64,000 nt of DNA from an uncultured Fibrobacter sp. (lineage in GTDB: Bacteria > Fibrobacterota > Fibrobacteria > Fibrobacterales > Fibrobacteraceae), in assembly GCA_946415675.1 (NCBI GenBank), contig CAMKTL010000011.1, positions 89 through 64,088 of the forward strand, read 5' to 3'. Below, piece after piece: positions 1 through 10,895 of this stretch; position 1 is the stretch's first letter, and each line of letters starts with the position of its first letter. The translations under genes and the position numbers were made by a program. The notes below the pieces were generated by a model, which was not told where the DNA came from, ran no database searches, and worked only from the letters and a program-made list of their open reading frames with translations.

Positions 1-2
1 TA

Positions 3-185
3 TCCTACGACGGGTCGGGTCGGAGAATTTCCAAGACGATCCTAACAAAGTCTGCAACCGCGACAAACTGGGATACTGTCAAGGTGACGCACTACACCGG
101 CATCGGCACGGAAATCCGCGAGGAGTTCCACGAAAAAGTCGAGGAAGGAACCCTCGACATTTTCGACAACCTATTTTTATGTTAA
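3..185 (+). CDS. 3' end of a YD/RHS-repeat-like ORF entering from upstream (partial, possibly truncated)
   Basis: Frame 3 reads SYDGSGRRISKTILTKSATATNWDTVKVTHYTGIGTEIREEFHEKVEEGTLDIFDNLFLC* with stop TAA at 183-185. YDxxGRRISKT is a typical YD repeat. Confidence 0.5.
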   Translation, partial: SYDGSGRRISKTILTKSATATNWDTVKVTHYTGIGTEIREEFHEKVEEGTLDIFDNLFLC

Positions 186-491
186 ATTTTTAGTGGACAC
201 TAGTGAATCAATATTTTAATTCACCAGCCAAATATATAGTTTGTTTTAATGACAATTTGTCAACAATAATAAAAACAACTTGTTTTCGACACTTCGTAAA
301 GCAAATATTACATAAAATAGTCTTATTTTATGTATGTCAAATCCCGTTATTTTAAAATACCGTCCCTCCCAAAAAAACTTACAAACTTTTAATCAACAAA
401 ATACGCCCTATTTATAATGGATAAAAAATTTAAAAGCGGTTCATCTACAAACTTTTTCTACATTTATTTTAAATCATCAAGGATTACCCCA

Positions 492-884
492 TTGAACAAA
501 GCATTTTACCTTATTTTCGCCCTCTGCGTATTTTTTTTGACTTCCTGCCTTCAGGATGACGATTCTGACGCACGCATTCCCGTCCGTTATACGGTTATCG
601 TCACCGACAAGATATCAGGCAAGGCCGTAGAGAAGGCAAAAGTCGAACTGACAAATGAAGTCCAGTCCGCACAAACGCTCACAACCAATTCCAGTGGTAC
701 GGTAATTTTCCCGTCCGAAGAGAGCTACGTCAACCAGATTGTCGTCACAAAAGATGGTTACTTTCCCAAAGACACGGTGGATGTCATCAGCAATGCCGAT
801 ACGACATTGAACTTGATTCTGCGTTCCATCAGCATTTTCCTTGTTCCGACAGACACAGCCAAGGTTGACTCAACAAAGAAGTAA
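492..884 (+). CDS. Lipoprotein with a carboxypeptidase-regulatory/prealbumin-like beta domain
   Basis: ORF 417-884; the probable start is TTG at 492. Lipobox FLTSC is followed by acidic LQDDD. The segment VIVTDKISGKAVEKAKVEL...TNSSG...VTKDGY fits this fold. Confidence 0.65.
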   Translation: MNKAFYLIFALCVFFLTSCLQDDDSDARIPVRYTVIVTDKISGKAVEKAKVELTNEVQSAQTLTTNSSGTVIFPSEESYVNQIVVTKDGYFPKDTVDVISNADTTLNLILRSISIFLVPTDTAKVDSTKK

Positions 885-885
885 G

Positions 886-2262
<1,377 letters not shown>

Positions 2263-2266
2263 GCAA

Positions 2267-3493
2267 ATGCAAAAGACGGCGAACAAGCGCGGGTTCACGC
2301 TCCCCCTCACCATAGGCATTCTCGTCGTCATTGGTTTTCTCACTTCCTCGTTTTACACAATGGTCAAAAACGAGCGAATCGAATCATTCAAAAGGTTTTC
2401 TGATGCACAGGCGACACTTGAGCTAGAAAGTGGCGTCAATTATGCATTTTACCGAATGCAAAACGAACACGGCCCATGGCGAACCGACAGTCTTCAGCAC
2501 ACAAGCAATGACAGCTGCATCCGTTTTTCTCTTTCTCAAATACAGGCAGGGGCTTTCGCCAAACTCCAAATTTTCAATCACGATTCATCACGGAGTTTTA
2601 ATGCATATACGGGATTTATTCCACCCAATCGCCCAGCACTCACTTTACTTGCAGCCCAAGCGAACGTAAGCTTAGTCGGCAAAGCCCTCATTGAAGGAGG
2701 TTCCGCATTACAGAACGGGACTATTTCATATAGTAGCCATTACAAGATGCGAGCCGAAAAAGAAGCTTTTTTCGACACTGTATATGTCGGAGACTCTCTT
2801 GCCTATTTTGATACGCTTAAGTTTTTTCCGGAGCTCACTCGCGAGCAATTCGCCAAGTCGTTCGAAAAGGATCGTTGCGTTTTTGACGGAACAGAAGTCG
2901 TCCCCGAAGAATTGAATTGCCGCATCGTCACTATGCAAGGCGACAGTCGATGTAACCGATGCAACATTATTGCCGATAAAATCTTTTTGAGAGAGCGCGC
3001 AAGCACTCTCAAAGCAAGCATCATTGCCAGGACAATAGCGTTAAATGACAGCGTCTTACTTTCGGGGACTTTTTTTGCACAAGACACACTTGAAGTGTCA
3101 TTAAAACGGAACCAAGATTACCTAATCAATCTAGTTCTTCAAGGACGCAAAACCGACGAAGTCGAATACACTGGGTTCTTGAACATTGATAAGCTAAAAG
3201 CATCTAACATCCTTATTTTATTCATGGGCGACAACTGGGACGAGACCATGAAGGGGATTCCCGTAACCATCGGTGAAAACGCAGATATTCACGGCAGTGT
3301 CATTTCAAGAGGCATGGTCAATTTCAGCGGAAAACTGAACGGACAAATGATAGCCTACCATTTCGGGTTCTACGAAGGTGAAACGCTTTGGAGAGGATTC
3401 CTAAGAAACGGGCAAATAAAAGGGGATACGTCTGTTCACACGTTCCTTCCCGACATCATTTATTTAGGTGGCGAGGCGAGCTATGAGAACTAG
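2267..3493 (+). CDS. Large minor (pseudo)pilin, GspK/PilX-like
   Basis: Class III signal KRG|FTLPLTIGILVVIG lacks Glu5, as in GspK/PilX. The C-terminal half is beta-rich. Confidence 0.7.
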   Translation: MQKTANKRGFTLPLTIGILVVIGFLTSSFYTMVKNERIESFKRFSDAQATLELESGVNYAFYRMQNEHGPWRTDSLQHTSNDSCIRFSLSQIQAGAFAKLQIFNHDSSRSFNAYTGFIPPNRPALTLLAAQANVSLVGKALIEGGSALQNGTISYSSHYKMRAEKEAFFDTVYVGDSLAYFDTLKFFPELTREQFAKSFEKDRCVFDGTEVVPEELNCRIVTMQGDSRCNRCNIIADKIFLRERASTLKASIIARTIALNDSVLLSGTFFAQDTLEVSLKRNQDYLINLVLQGRKTDEVEYTGFLNIDKLKASNILILFMGDNWDETMKGIPVTIGENADIHGSVISRGMVNFSGKLNGQMIAYHFGFYEGETLWRGFLRNGQIKGDTSVHTFLPDIIYLGGEASYEN

Positions 3494-3833
3494 ATGCGGC
3501 AAAATTGGCAGCACACTTGTCGAAGTACTTGTCAGCATCGCCATACTCACCTCGACCGGAGTGTTTATCGTCGGTTTCTTATACAGGAATCCTACAACCA
3601 ATAAAGCGTGGCTAGACAATTACGGGCAAGAATTAAGCAAAATCGTATTAATGACCACACCGATAGAAAACGACACTATCGTCACACACACTGACGCAAG
3701 CGAAAATTTTTGGGAAACAGTCATAACAGTCTCAAAAAGTAACGAAGAATCGTGTTACAGCGCCGTTTCAATCCGCCGAAAAGCTGATTCCACACGCACG
3801 CTCCACTATTGCACTTATGGAGCGAACAAATGA
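3483..3833 (+). CDS. Minor (pseudo)pilin, GspI/PilV-like
   Basis: KIG|STLVEVLVSIAIL prepilin motif with Glu5. ATG at 3483 overlaps the end of the upstream gene. Confidence 0.75.
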   Translation: MRTRCGKIGSTLVEVLVSIAILTSTGVFIVGFLYRNPTTNKAWLDNYGQELSKIVLMTTPIENDTIVTHTDASENFWETVITVSKSNEESCYSAVSIRRKADSTRTLHYCTYGANK

Positions 3834-4195
3834 AACGTACAAACAAACAAGGATTTACTTTAATCGAACTCGTCACGACTATGGCGCTTTCTGGGCTATT
3901 CTTCACCTTGGCGATGAACCTCTATAGCACAGCGAACAAGGCCTTTATCACAGACAAAAAATACGACGAACTCTATTTCGAATACAACGTTCTAAAAGCC
4001 AGAACGGAACGTTTTTTACGGGAGCACCCGAACTTTTGTGAAAATCCCGAAAAATACGAGATGGAATACACGCTCCCGCTCAGCCCACTACACTGCAAAC
4101 CACTAGACAAGAAGCGCTCACTCGTCTATTTCCAAGGGTACATGGATTCAACTAGACACGCTCTTGTCGGGTTCAGTACTATTATCGGGGAATAA
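3830..4195 (+). CDS. Minor (pseudo)pilin, GspJ/PilW-like
   Basis: KQG|FTLIELVTTMAL prepilin motif; ATGA overlap with the upstream stop at 3830-3833. Confidence 0.8.
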   Translation: MKRTNKQGFTLIELVTTMALSGLFFTLAMNLYSTANKAFITDKKYDELYFEYNVLKARTERFLREHPNFCENPEKYEMEYTLPLSPLHCKPLDKKRSLVYFQGYMDSTRHALVGFSTIIGE

Positions 4196-4198
4196 CGT

Positions 4199-5686
4199 TT
4201 ACAGCATCTTGCCCGTTTCCAAAAAACGGGTATGCATCTCGAACGCACGGGAAAGCGCAAGCGGCAGGTGAATTCCTTTCGCATGCTTGATGCCATATTC
4301 CAGAACATCCGTGAGTTCATCGCGGTAATCCGGGTGGGCGCAGTTCTTGATAATCAGGCGTGCACGTTCTTCGACCGGCAAACCACGAAGGTCTGCAAGC
4401 CCCTGCTCCGTCACAAAAATCTGCGTATCGTGATCGGTATGATCGACATGGCTCACGTAAGGTACAACGCTCGAAATAGCACCGCCCTTCGCCACAGACG
4501 GCGTGAGGAAAAATCCGAGAGCGCAATTGCGTGCAAAATCCGCAGAGCCACCGATGCCGTTCATCATGGCCGAACCACAGACAAGCGAACTGTTTACGTT
4601 ACCGAAAATGTCAACTTCCAAAGCCGTATTCATGGAAATCACGCCCAAGCGACGAATCACATCGGGGCTGTTGCTCACTTCTTGCTGGCGGAGCACAAAA
4701 TGCTTTTTCCATGCAGCACTGTTTTCAACAAATTCTTTCTGCGCCGCCTGAGAGAGCGTAAGCGCTGTTCCCGATGCAATACCGAGCTTGCCCTTTTTCA
4801 AAAGCGGGAGCACTGCTTCCTGGATAACTTCGGTATAAAGGTCTATTTGACCAAGGCGGTCATCATTTGCCATCGCGCAAAGCACCGCATTCGCCACCTT
4901 GCCTACGCCACTCTGGTAGGCTAGTCCCTTCGGTAGCCTTCCATGCGATTCTTCGAAGCGGATAAAGTCCAAAATGCGTTCGCCAATGTTCTTCGAAACT
5001 TCATCAGGTTCCACGAACGGGGTCACTTCATCGTACGCATCATTTTCAACAATCGCTATAACCTTATTCGGGTCGATGCGGACAAATTCGTCACCGACGC
5101 GGTCGCCGGCACTGTAAATTGCAAGCGGCTTTGCATGCGGCGGGAGTTCAGGAAGAGCATTGTCGTGCACGCCGATGCAACTATCGCCCAGACGCGTATT
5201 CAGTTCCAGAATAATTTTCGGGGCCATTTCCAAATAGCAGACCGAATTTCCGCCCGATGTCGAAAGGCAGACGCGGCCATCCGGCAAAATCGCAGAGACT
5301 TCGATAATCGCGACTGTCGGCGCAGGGACAGCACCAGTACGCACAAGGTAGCCCATCTTGCCCAGATGCGCATCGATGTAGTGAATACTGCCATCGTTAA
5401 TCGCCTTGCGCAAGCTCGGATTTGACTGGTAAGGCATGCGGAGCGACATAGCCTTCGCGCGGGCAAGCGCGCCGTCACAACTATCGCCCGTCGAAGCACC
5501 TGCAAACAACGTTACCTTAAATTCCTGGCCCGCTTCATGGAGCTTTTCTGCCCGTGCAGCAATCGCCAGTGGAACCGCCTTGGGGTATCCAGCCAAAGTA
5601 AATCCTGAAACCCCGAGAACATCGCCATTATGAATCATTTCGGCCGCTTCGGCGGCACTGCATTTTTTACCAGTAATCCAATTCAT
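4199..5686 (-). CDS. Acetyl-CoA hydrolase/transferase family protein, likely succinyl-CoA:acetate CoA-transferase
   Basis: SGFTLAGYPKAVP, QSGVG, catalytic QQEVSN, NTALEVDIFGNVNS, NGIGGSADF, VTEQGLADLRG. Start taken at MNWITG. Confidence 0.88.
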   Translation of the reverse strand: MNWITGKKCSAAEAAEMIHNGDVLGVSGFTLAGYPKAVPLAIAARAEKLHEAGQEFKVTLFAGASTGDSCDGALARAKAMSLRMPYQSNPSLRKAINDGSIHYIDAHLGKMGYLVRTGAVPAPTVAIIEVSAILPDGRVCLSTSGGNSVCYLEMAPKIILELNTRLGDSCIGVHDNALPELPPHAKPLAIYSAGDRVGDEFVRIDPNKVIAIVENDAYDEVTPFVEPDEVSKNIGERILDFIRFEESHGRLPKGLAYQSGVGKVANAVLCAMANDDRLGQIDLYTEVIQEAVLPLLKKGKLGIASGTALTLSQAAQKEFVENSAAWKKHFVLRQQEVSNSPDVIRRLGVISMNTALEVDIFGNVNSSLVCGSAMMNGIGGSADFARNCALGFFLTPSVAKGGAISSVVPYVSHVDHTDHDTQIFVTEQGLADLRGLPVEERARLIIKNCAHPDYRDELTDVLEYGIKHAKGIHLPLALSRAFEMHTRFLETGKML

Positions 5687-5713
5687 GGCGCAAAAAATAG
5701 TATTTTTACCGCC

Positions 5714-6136
5714 GTGAAACACTTCATCAAATACAATATCATCGGTGTAATAAACACTTTGATTACACTTGCCACAGTCTGGATTCTACATCAAGTCCTC
5801 GACTGGAACTTGGAGCTTTCGAACTTTTTGGGATTCGTCGCCGGCGGCATCAACAGCTACATCATGAACCGCATCTGGAACTTCGAGAGTAAAAACAAGA
5901 AATGTGCCGAATTTGCACGCTTCGTCATCGTATTCCTCTGCTCATACGCGATTAACCTGCTCGTTCTCGAAGGGAGTGTCTATATTCTCGAAAACGCAAC
6001 CTGGTGCACTGGCTTTACAGAATTCATTTCGAGATTCATGAAACCGACCTATTTTGCAAACATCATCGCAAACGTCGTCTATGTGCTAGTAAGCTTTACC
6101 CTCTACAAGAAGTGGGTGTTTAAAACAAATGCGTAG
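5714..6136 (+). CDS. GtrA family membrane protein
   Basis: Four hydrophobic helices; FIKYNIIGVINT, SYIMNRIWNF, RFVIV, YKKWVF. GTG start at 5714. Confidence 0.85.
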   Translation: MKHFIKYNIIGVINTLITLATVWILHQVLDWNLELSNFLGFVAGGINSYIMNRIWNFESKNKKCAEFARFVIVFLCSYAINLLVLEGSVYILENATWCTGFTEFISRFMKPTYFANIIANVVYVLVSFTLYKKWVFKTNA

Positions 6137-6138
6137 GT

Positions 6139-6323
6139 CGAGTGTCGCGGCCAAGTTTACTTGGACATGACCGAGGCCAGCATTTGGCACTTGAACGAAG
6201 TGAAAGTGCCAATAGGCTAACGCCTAAATATTTTTTTAAAATGAAAAAAGTACGTCATGCGGGCGGGGCGTCAGCGGCTTCACTCGGTTATGCCGGTCTG
6301 CAAGCAGCCCGTCGCAACACTCG
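6139..6323. repeat. Inverted pair of CGAGTGTYGCG-hairpin-RCATRACCGAG elements (6139-6175 +, 6283-6323 -)
   Basis: The same flanks recur at 43475-43511 with a different internal hairpin. Confidence 0.75.
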
Positions 6324-6440
6324 TTTTGCACGCTACTGCGAAGAATATACCTTGGCCGACGCTTTATTCTCTCGCTGCCATACGACAACAATATCATTAA
6401 TTAAAACACCCCACATTTACTTATAAAGATCTCTATTTAG

Positions 6441-6472
6441 AAAGGCGCATGGATTATCCGTGCGCTTTTTTT
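6441..6472 (+). terminator. Intrinsic terminator
   Basis: GCGCATGGA-TTA-TCCGTGCGC stem followed by a T run. Confidence 0.7.
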
Positions 6473-6590
6473 AATGCACGTAGTGCATGATTTTTTCACT
6501 ATTCCTTAGTTTCTAATCTATACATTCCCGCTTTACTTTACATCCTAATCCCTAAAACCTATAATCTACCGCCTATAAAATATCATATAC

Positions 6591-6620
6591 AAAAAGGGCG
6601 CCCTTGCGGACGCCCCTTTT
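6591..6620. terminator. Bidirectional terminator downstream of the OmpA-family gene
   Basis: AAAAAGGGCG-cccttgcgga-CGCCCTTTTT. Confidence 0.75.
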
Positions 6621-6643
6621 TAGTTCTTAGTCAGATTCGAAGA

Positions 6644-8743
6644 TTACTTTTCGAACGGAACGAGTTCAACACGGCGGTTGAGCTTGCGGCCCTTCTTCGT
6701 CTTGTTATCTGCAATCGGCTTGTCAGAACCGTAACCGACAGCGCGGAGACGATCACTGCTGATGCCCTTCTTGACGAGATACTTGACGACAGCCTGTGCA
6801 CGCTGTTCGGAAATAACCTTGTTCCTTTCTTCCTTACCGGTATCGTCGGTATGGCCCTGGATTTCGAGGTTGACGTTCGGGAGCTTCTTCATCAACTTAG
6901 CGATGTTGTTCAAGGTCTTGTTGCTGCTTGCAGTGAGCTTAGCAGAACCGGTCCTGAACTGGATACCCTTCTTCAACTTTTCGAGATCCTGGTTCTTGTT
7001 CGGGCAACCCTTCTTATCGACAGCGACGCCAACGAGAGTGTTCGGGCACTTGTCGAGGTGATCAGGTACGCCGTCCTTGTCGGAGTCAACCGGGCAACCA
7101 ACTTCGTCAACAGAGATACCAGCAGCAGTTGCCGGGCACTTGTCGAGAGCATCAGGTACGCCGTCCTTATCTTCGTCCGGGCTGCAACCATCTGCATTGA
7201 CCGGGAGGCCAGCAGCGGTGTTCGGGCACTTATCGAGGTAGTCAGCAACGCCGTCGTTGTCGGAGTCAACCGGGCAACCCTTAGCGTCAACAGCAATACC
7301 AGACTGAGTATTAGCGCACTGGTCGAGGTAATCAGCAACGCCGTCATTGTCAGAGTCGAGCGGGCAGCCGTTAGCATCAATCGGAGCGCCAGAAGCAGTG
7401 TTCGGGCACTTGTCGAGGTAATCAGCGATGCCGTCATTGTCGGAGTCAACCGGGCAACCCTTAGCGTCAACAGTTACACCAGCCGGAGTTTCAGCGCACT
7501 GGTCGATACCGTCGAAGACACCATCATTGTCAGCGTCAGACGGGCAGCCAGCAGCGTCAACAACAGCACCTGCCGGAGTTTCAGCGCACTGGTCAATACC
7601 ATCGAAGACACCGTCGTTGTCGCCGTCAAGCGGGCAACCGTTAGCGTCAACAACAGCACCTGCCGGAGTGCCTGCGCACTGGTCGATGTTGTTGGCTACG
7701 CCATCGTTGTCTTCATCAGCACCACGGACATTGCCGAAGCGCCAGACGAGAGATGCAGTACCTGCAAAGCGCGGAGTCGGGGTATAGCCGTACACGATTT
7801 CCTTACCATGCTTGTCACTATAGTGCAACACGTAAGACTCAACAGCGTGCATTTCGTCTTCCCAGTCCCAGCCCTTAGAGAAGGAACGGATACCGACATC
7901 GAGACCGAGGGCGATATCAATGTTGGCCGGGAGATGGAAACGAAGACCCGGGGTAAGAGTGAACGGGTCATAACCCGGATCACGTGGATATTCACCCTTT
8001 TCGACACGGAATTCACCGTTAGCTTCGAAGAAGATGTCCATCCAATCGGTCGGGAATACGTTGATGCCACCACCATAAACCAAGGTGTTAGAACCCTTCG
8101 TCACAGTGCCAACAAAACCAACGTTACCATTGATACGGAGCGGAGCACCAACCTTCTGGAGGTCGAGAGTGAGGATCAATTCACCACCGAAAGCCATGTT
8201 GCGGAGGCCGTACGGATGGGTTTCACCGCCCTTGGCATGCAAGAACCAAGCATGACGCGGACGGACACCCACGGACTTGTCGCCAGTGGGGAAGTAGAAC
8301 TGAGCGGCGACAGCAGCATTGAAGATGCCATCGGTCATTTCATCGAGCGGGAGCTTTGCCTTTGCCCAGAGTTCGAGGTCACCACGGCTAGCCTTCCACA
8401 TGTCGCCTTCCGGCAACTTGTCGGTATTGGCATGGTCATAGTAGAGAGGAAGCATAAGACCCACATCCATGAAGTCCGTAACGCCAGCTGCAAAATTGAT
8501 ATTTGCAGTCAAGCTTCCGTCACTTTCACGGAAAGCGCCTAGCTTTCCATCCTTGCTGACCTGGCCTCCGCGAGAGAGGGACCATGAATCATAGGAAACC
8601 TGGCCACCGAAACCAACTGCGAAACCACCCTGACCGAGGGTTTGAGCTGTTTTCTGGTTAAGACCATCGGCTCCGCCCATCAGGCCGGACTGCGCGAAAG
8701 CGAAGCTACCGGCCAAGAGAGACATTGCGACTATTTTTTTCAT
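6644..8743 (-). CDS. OmpA family protein: N-terminal beta-barrel, 8 thrombospondin type-3 (TSP3) repeats, OmpA_C domain
   Basis: Signal peptide; DxDxDGVxDxxDxC repeats; IQGHTDDTG, NKVISEQRAQAV, GYGSDKPIADN and NRRVE motifs. Confidence 0.92.
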   Translation of the reverse strand: MKKIVAMSLLAGSFAFAQSGLMGGADGLNQKTAQTLGQGGFAVGFGGQVSYDSWSLSRGGQVSKDGKLGAFRESDGSLTANINFAAGVTDFMDVGLMLPLYYDHANTDKLPEGDMWKASRGDLELWAKAKLPLDEMTDGIFNAAVAAQFYFPTGDKSVGVRPRHAWFLHAKGGETHPYGLRNMAFGGELILTLDLQKVGAPLRINGNVGFVGTVTKGSNTLVYGGGINVFPTDWMDIFFEANGEFRVEKGEYPRDPGYDPFTLTPGLRFHLPANIDIALGLDVGIRSFSKGWDWEDEMHAVESYVLHYSDKHGKEIVYGYTPTPRFAGTASLVWRFGNVRGADEDNDGVANNIDQCAGTPAGAVVDANGCPLDGDNDGVFDGIDQCAETPAGAVVDAAGCPSDADNDGVFDGIDQCAETPAGVTVDAKGCPVDSDNDGIADYLDKCPNTASGAPIDANGCPLDSDNDGVADYLDQCANTQSGIAVDAKGCPVDSDNDGVADYLDKCPNTAAGLPVNADGCSPDEDKDGVPDALDKCPATAAGISVDEVGCPVDSDKDGVPDHLDKCPNTLVGVAVDKKGCPNKNQDLEKLKKGIQFRTGSAKLTASSNKTLNNIAKLMKKLPNVNLEIQGHTDDTGKEERNKVISEQRAQAVVKYLVKKGISSDRLRAVGYGSDKPIADNKTKKGRKLNRRVELVPFEK
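7001..7717 (-). repeat. Eight tandem 90-nt (30-aa) TSP3 Ca-binding repeats
   Basis: Units of the form D[ESGA]D[NK]DG[VI]xDxxD[QK]CxxTxxGxxVDxxGC, counted by eye. Confidence 0.9.
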
Positions 8744-8762
8744 CTATTCTCCTTGTTATTGG

Positions 8763-10895
8763 TTAATATTTCTTGTGGTAGCCATAGTAGCCGTAATAGC
8801 TGCCATAGCCGTACCCCGCATGACGTTCACACTTGTTGAAGACGAAAGCCTTCTGCAACGGTGTTTCCGTGCTGCGGTCAAAAGTATTCAAGGCATCTTG
8901 GATGCTTTCAATGGTATGAGCTGCATGCTTCAAAACACACAACAGATAATCCGCATGCTTTTCGACAAGCAAAGCGTCACTGCACTGGAATACCGGAGGA
9001 GTATCCAGAACAATCAAGTCATACTTATCCCTGAACGCGTCAAGGAAAGCGCTAAATCTAGAACTGCTCAAAAGTCCGCCCGGATTCACGACGCGGGCTC
9101 CGGAACCTAGGACATGGAAAGTATCCGTCACCTTGACAACGAATTCATCCGTGTAGGATTCCTTTTCGAGCATTTCACATAGACCTTTCTGGCTATGTTT
9201 AAACAGGTGGCCACGACGAAGGTCCATATCGACAAGCAAAACCTTCTTGCCGGACATCGCAAAAGATGCCGCAAGGTTCGTGGAAACAAAAGACTTACCG
9301 ACGCCCTGCACAAGACCGGACACCATCAAAACCTTCTTTCCGTCAGAGAATACAGAAAATTCGAGGGCCGTACGAAGAGCGCGAACCCCTTCTGCAAACG
9401 GGTCGTCCGGCTTTTCGGAAACACAGGGCTTATACACATTATTCTGAGTCTTGCCTTCAAGCATCGGAAGCTTGCCATAGACGCCAATACCTGTAGCCTG
9501 CTCGACTTCACTGCTGCTGCAAACGCCATTCGAGAGCATGCGGCGCACATAGACGATAAAACAACCCAAAAGCAAGAACGCAAACACGACGCCACAGAAC
9601 ACCAGCTTGCGGTTCGGCTTACTTGGCTTGAGCGGAGCGTAGGCCTGATCCACGATGCGGACGTTACCGACTTCACCAGCTTGCACCACGCGCAACTGCT
9701 GGATATTGTTCAACAAGTTCGTATAGAGCCTGTTATTAACTTCCACTTCTTCTTGCAGCGATAGAACTTCCTGCTGCACAACTGGCAAACTGGCCGCGGA
9801 ACGCTGCTGTTTTGCCAATTCCTGACGGAGCTTAGCCTGTTGTTCTTCAATCGTGCGGACAGTCGGATGTTCGGCACGGAACAAGCGCAACGCTTCCTGC
9901 TTTTTCTGTTCGAGTTCGAGCATACGTTGCTGGAGCGTCACGTCCTTTTCAAGATGCAGACGGGTTTCACCCGTAAGGTCAATGGTTCCCTTGGAATGGC
10001 GGAACGAGGTAAGCTTCTGTTCGGCCGAATCCAACTTCGCCTTGACACCCGGCAGTTGTTCTTCCAGGAAGGCCAACGTTTTTTTCGCTTCGGCACTACG
10101 CATCTCGATATTCTGTTTCAAATACGTATTTGCAATAGTGTTCAAAATAGCAGCAACCCTGTCGGCGTAGCGATTTTCGAGAGACACCCTAATAATGCCG
10201 GAGTTCTTGCCTTCTTCCGAAATGCTGAGCCCTTTGAGCAGTCCAGCGGCGGCTTCCTGCGGATGAGATGCCGAGAGCAAGAAGGTCTGACCAACGGTCG
10301 CGGTCAAGGCTCTGACACAGATAACTAAAGTATCACCAGCAAATGGCTTACGGTAAGTTTCACCCACCTCGCCGGACAACAATGTGACAACTTCGCCATC
10401 TTCCTTCTCATACACTTCATATGCGCTGGAATCCGCAGTCACACGGGCAAAAAGCTTACCCTTCGCCTCGACGAAAGCACGCGGAATCTGCAACAGTTCG
10501 AGGTCCATACGACCTTCGCGCTGCAGGAGGCGGTCCATCTTGTCCTGCGGAACGGCAGAGAAACAAAGCCTCTCATCCTGGACCACCTGATCCAAAACGA
10601 CGCGGCTCTTGATAAGTTCCATTTCGGCAGCAGACGGAGTGGAAACATCCAAAAGGGCGCCCATTTCACCAAGAGCGAGACCCTGTTTATTTCCCTTGAC
10701 ATTTACCTGGAGGAGTATGTCGCTCTTATAAGACGGGCGAATCCACTTCGCAACAAGCCCACCAAAAGCAATACCTAAAATCAAAAATACAAGCAAGAAT
10801 TTCCACTTGCTCTTCAAGTACACCAATATCTCAAGAATATCGATTTCGTCGTCATTCGACTTGTTCGAAACATTCTGAGGCGTTTTCTCGTTCAT
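8763..10895 (-). CDS. wzc: Wzc-type polysaccharide co-polymerase / BY tyrosine kinase
   Basis: Wzz-like N-terminus (DEIDILEIL), coiled coil, GNVRIVDQA, Walker A GVGKS, VDMDLRRG, VLDTPP and C-terminal Tyr cluster GYGYGSYYGYYGY. Start at MNEKTP after GGAG. Confidence 0.92.
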   Translation of the reverse strand: MNEKTPQNVSNKSNDDEIDILEILVYLKSKWKFLLVFLILGIAFGGLVAKWIRPSYKSDILLQVNVKGNKQGLALGEMGALLDVSTPSAAEMELIKSRVVLDQVVQDERLCFSAVPQDKMDRLLQREGRMDLELLQIPRAFVEAKGKLFARVTADSSAYEVYEKEDGEVVTLLSGEVGETYRKPFAGDTLVICVRALTATVGQTFLLSASHPQEAAAGLLKGLSISEEGKNSGIIRVSLENRYADRVAAILNTIANTYLKQNIEMRSAEAKKTLAFLEEQLPGVKAKLDSAEQKLTSFRHSKGTIDLTGETRLHLEKDVTLQQRMLELEQKKQEALRLFRAEHPTVRTIEEQQAKLRQELAKQQRSAASLPVVQQEVLSLQEEVEVNNRLYTNLLNNIQQLRVVQAGEVGNVRIVDQAYAPLKPSKPNRKLVFCGVVFAFLLLGCFIVYVRRMLSNGVCSSSEVEQATGIGVYGKLPMLEGKTQNNVYKPCVSEKPDDPFAEGVRALRTALEFSVFSDGKKVLMVSGLVQGVGKSFVSTNLAASFAMSGKKVLLVDMDLRRGHLFKHSQKGLCEMLEKESYTDEFVVKVTDTFHVLGSGARVVNPGGLLSSSRFSAFLDAFRDKYDLIVLDTPPVFQCSDALLVEKHADYLLCVLKHAAHTIESIQDALNTFDRSTETPLQKAFVFNKCERHAGYGYGSYYGYYGYHKKY

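Noticed and set aside
417-491. N-terminal extension of the first ORF from ATG 417
   Set aside because: The sequence is AT-rich and promoter-like, and would place the lipobox too far from the start; TTG 492 gives a normal signal peptide.
6142-6426. 94-aa ORF after the GtrA gene; region also considered as tmRNA, RNase P or 6S RNA
   Set aside because: The ORF runs through repeat elements. No tRNA-like ends, tag peptide or RNase P P4 motif were recognised.
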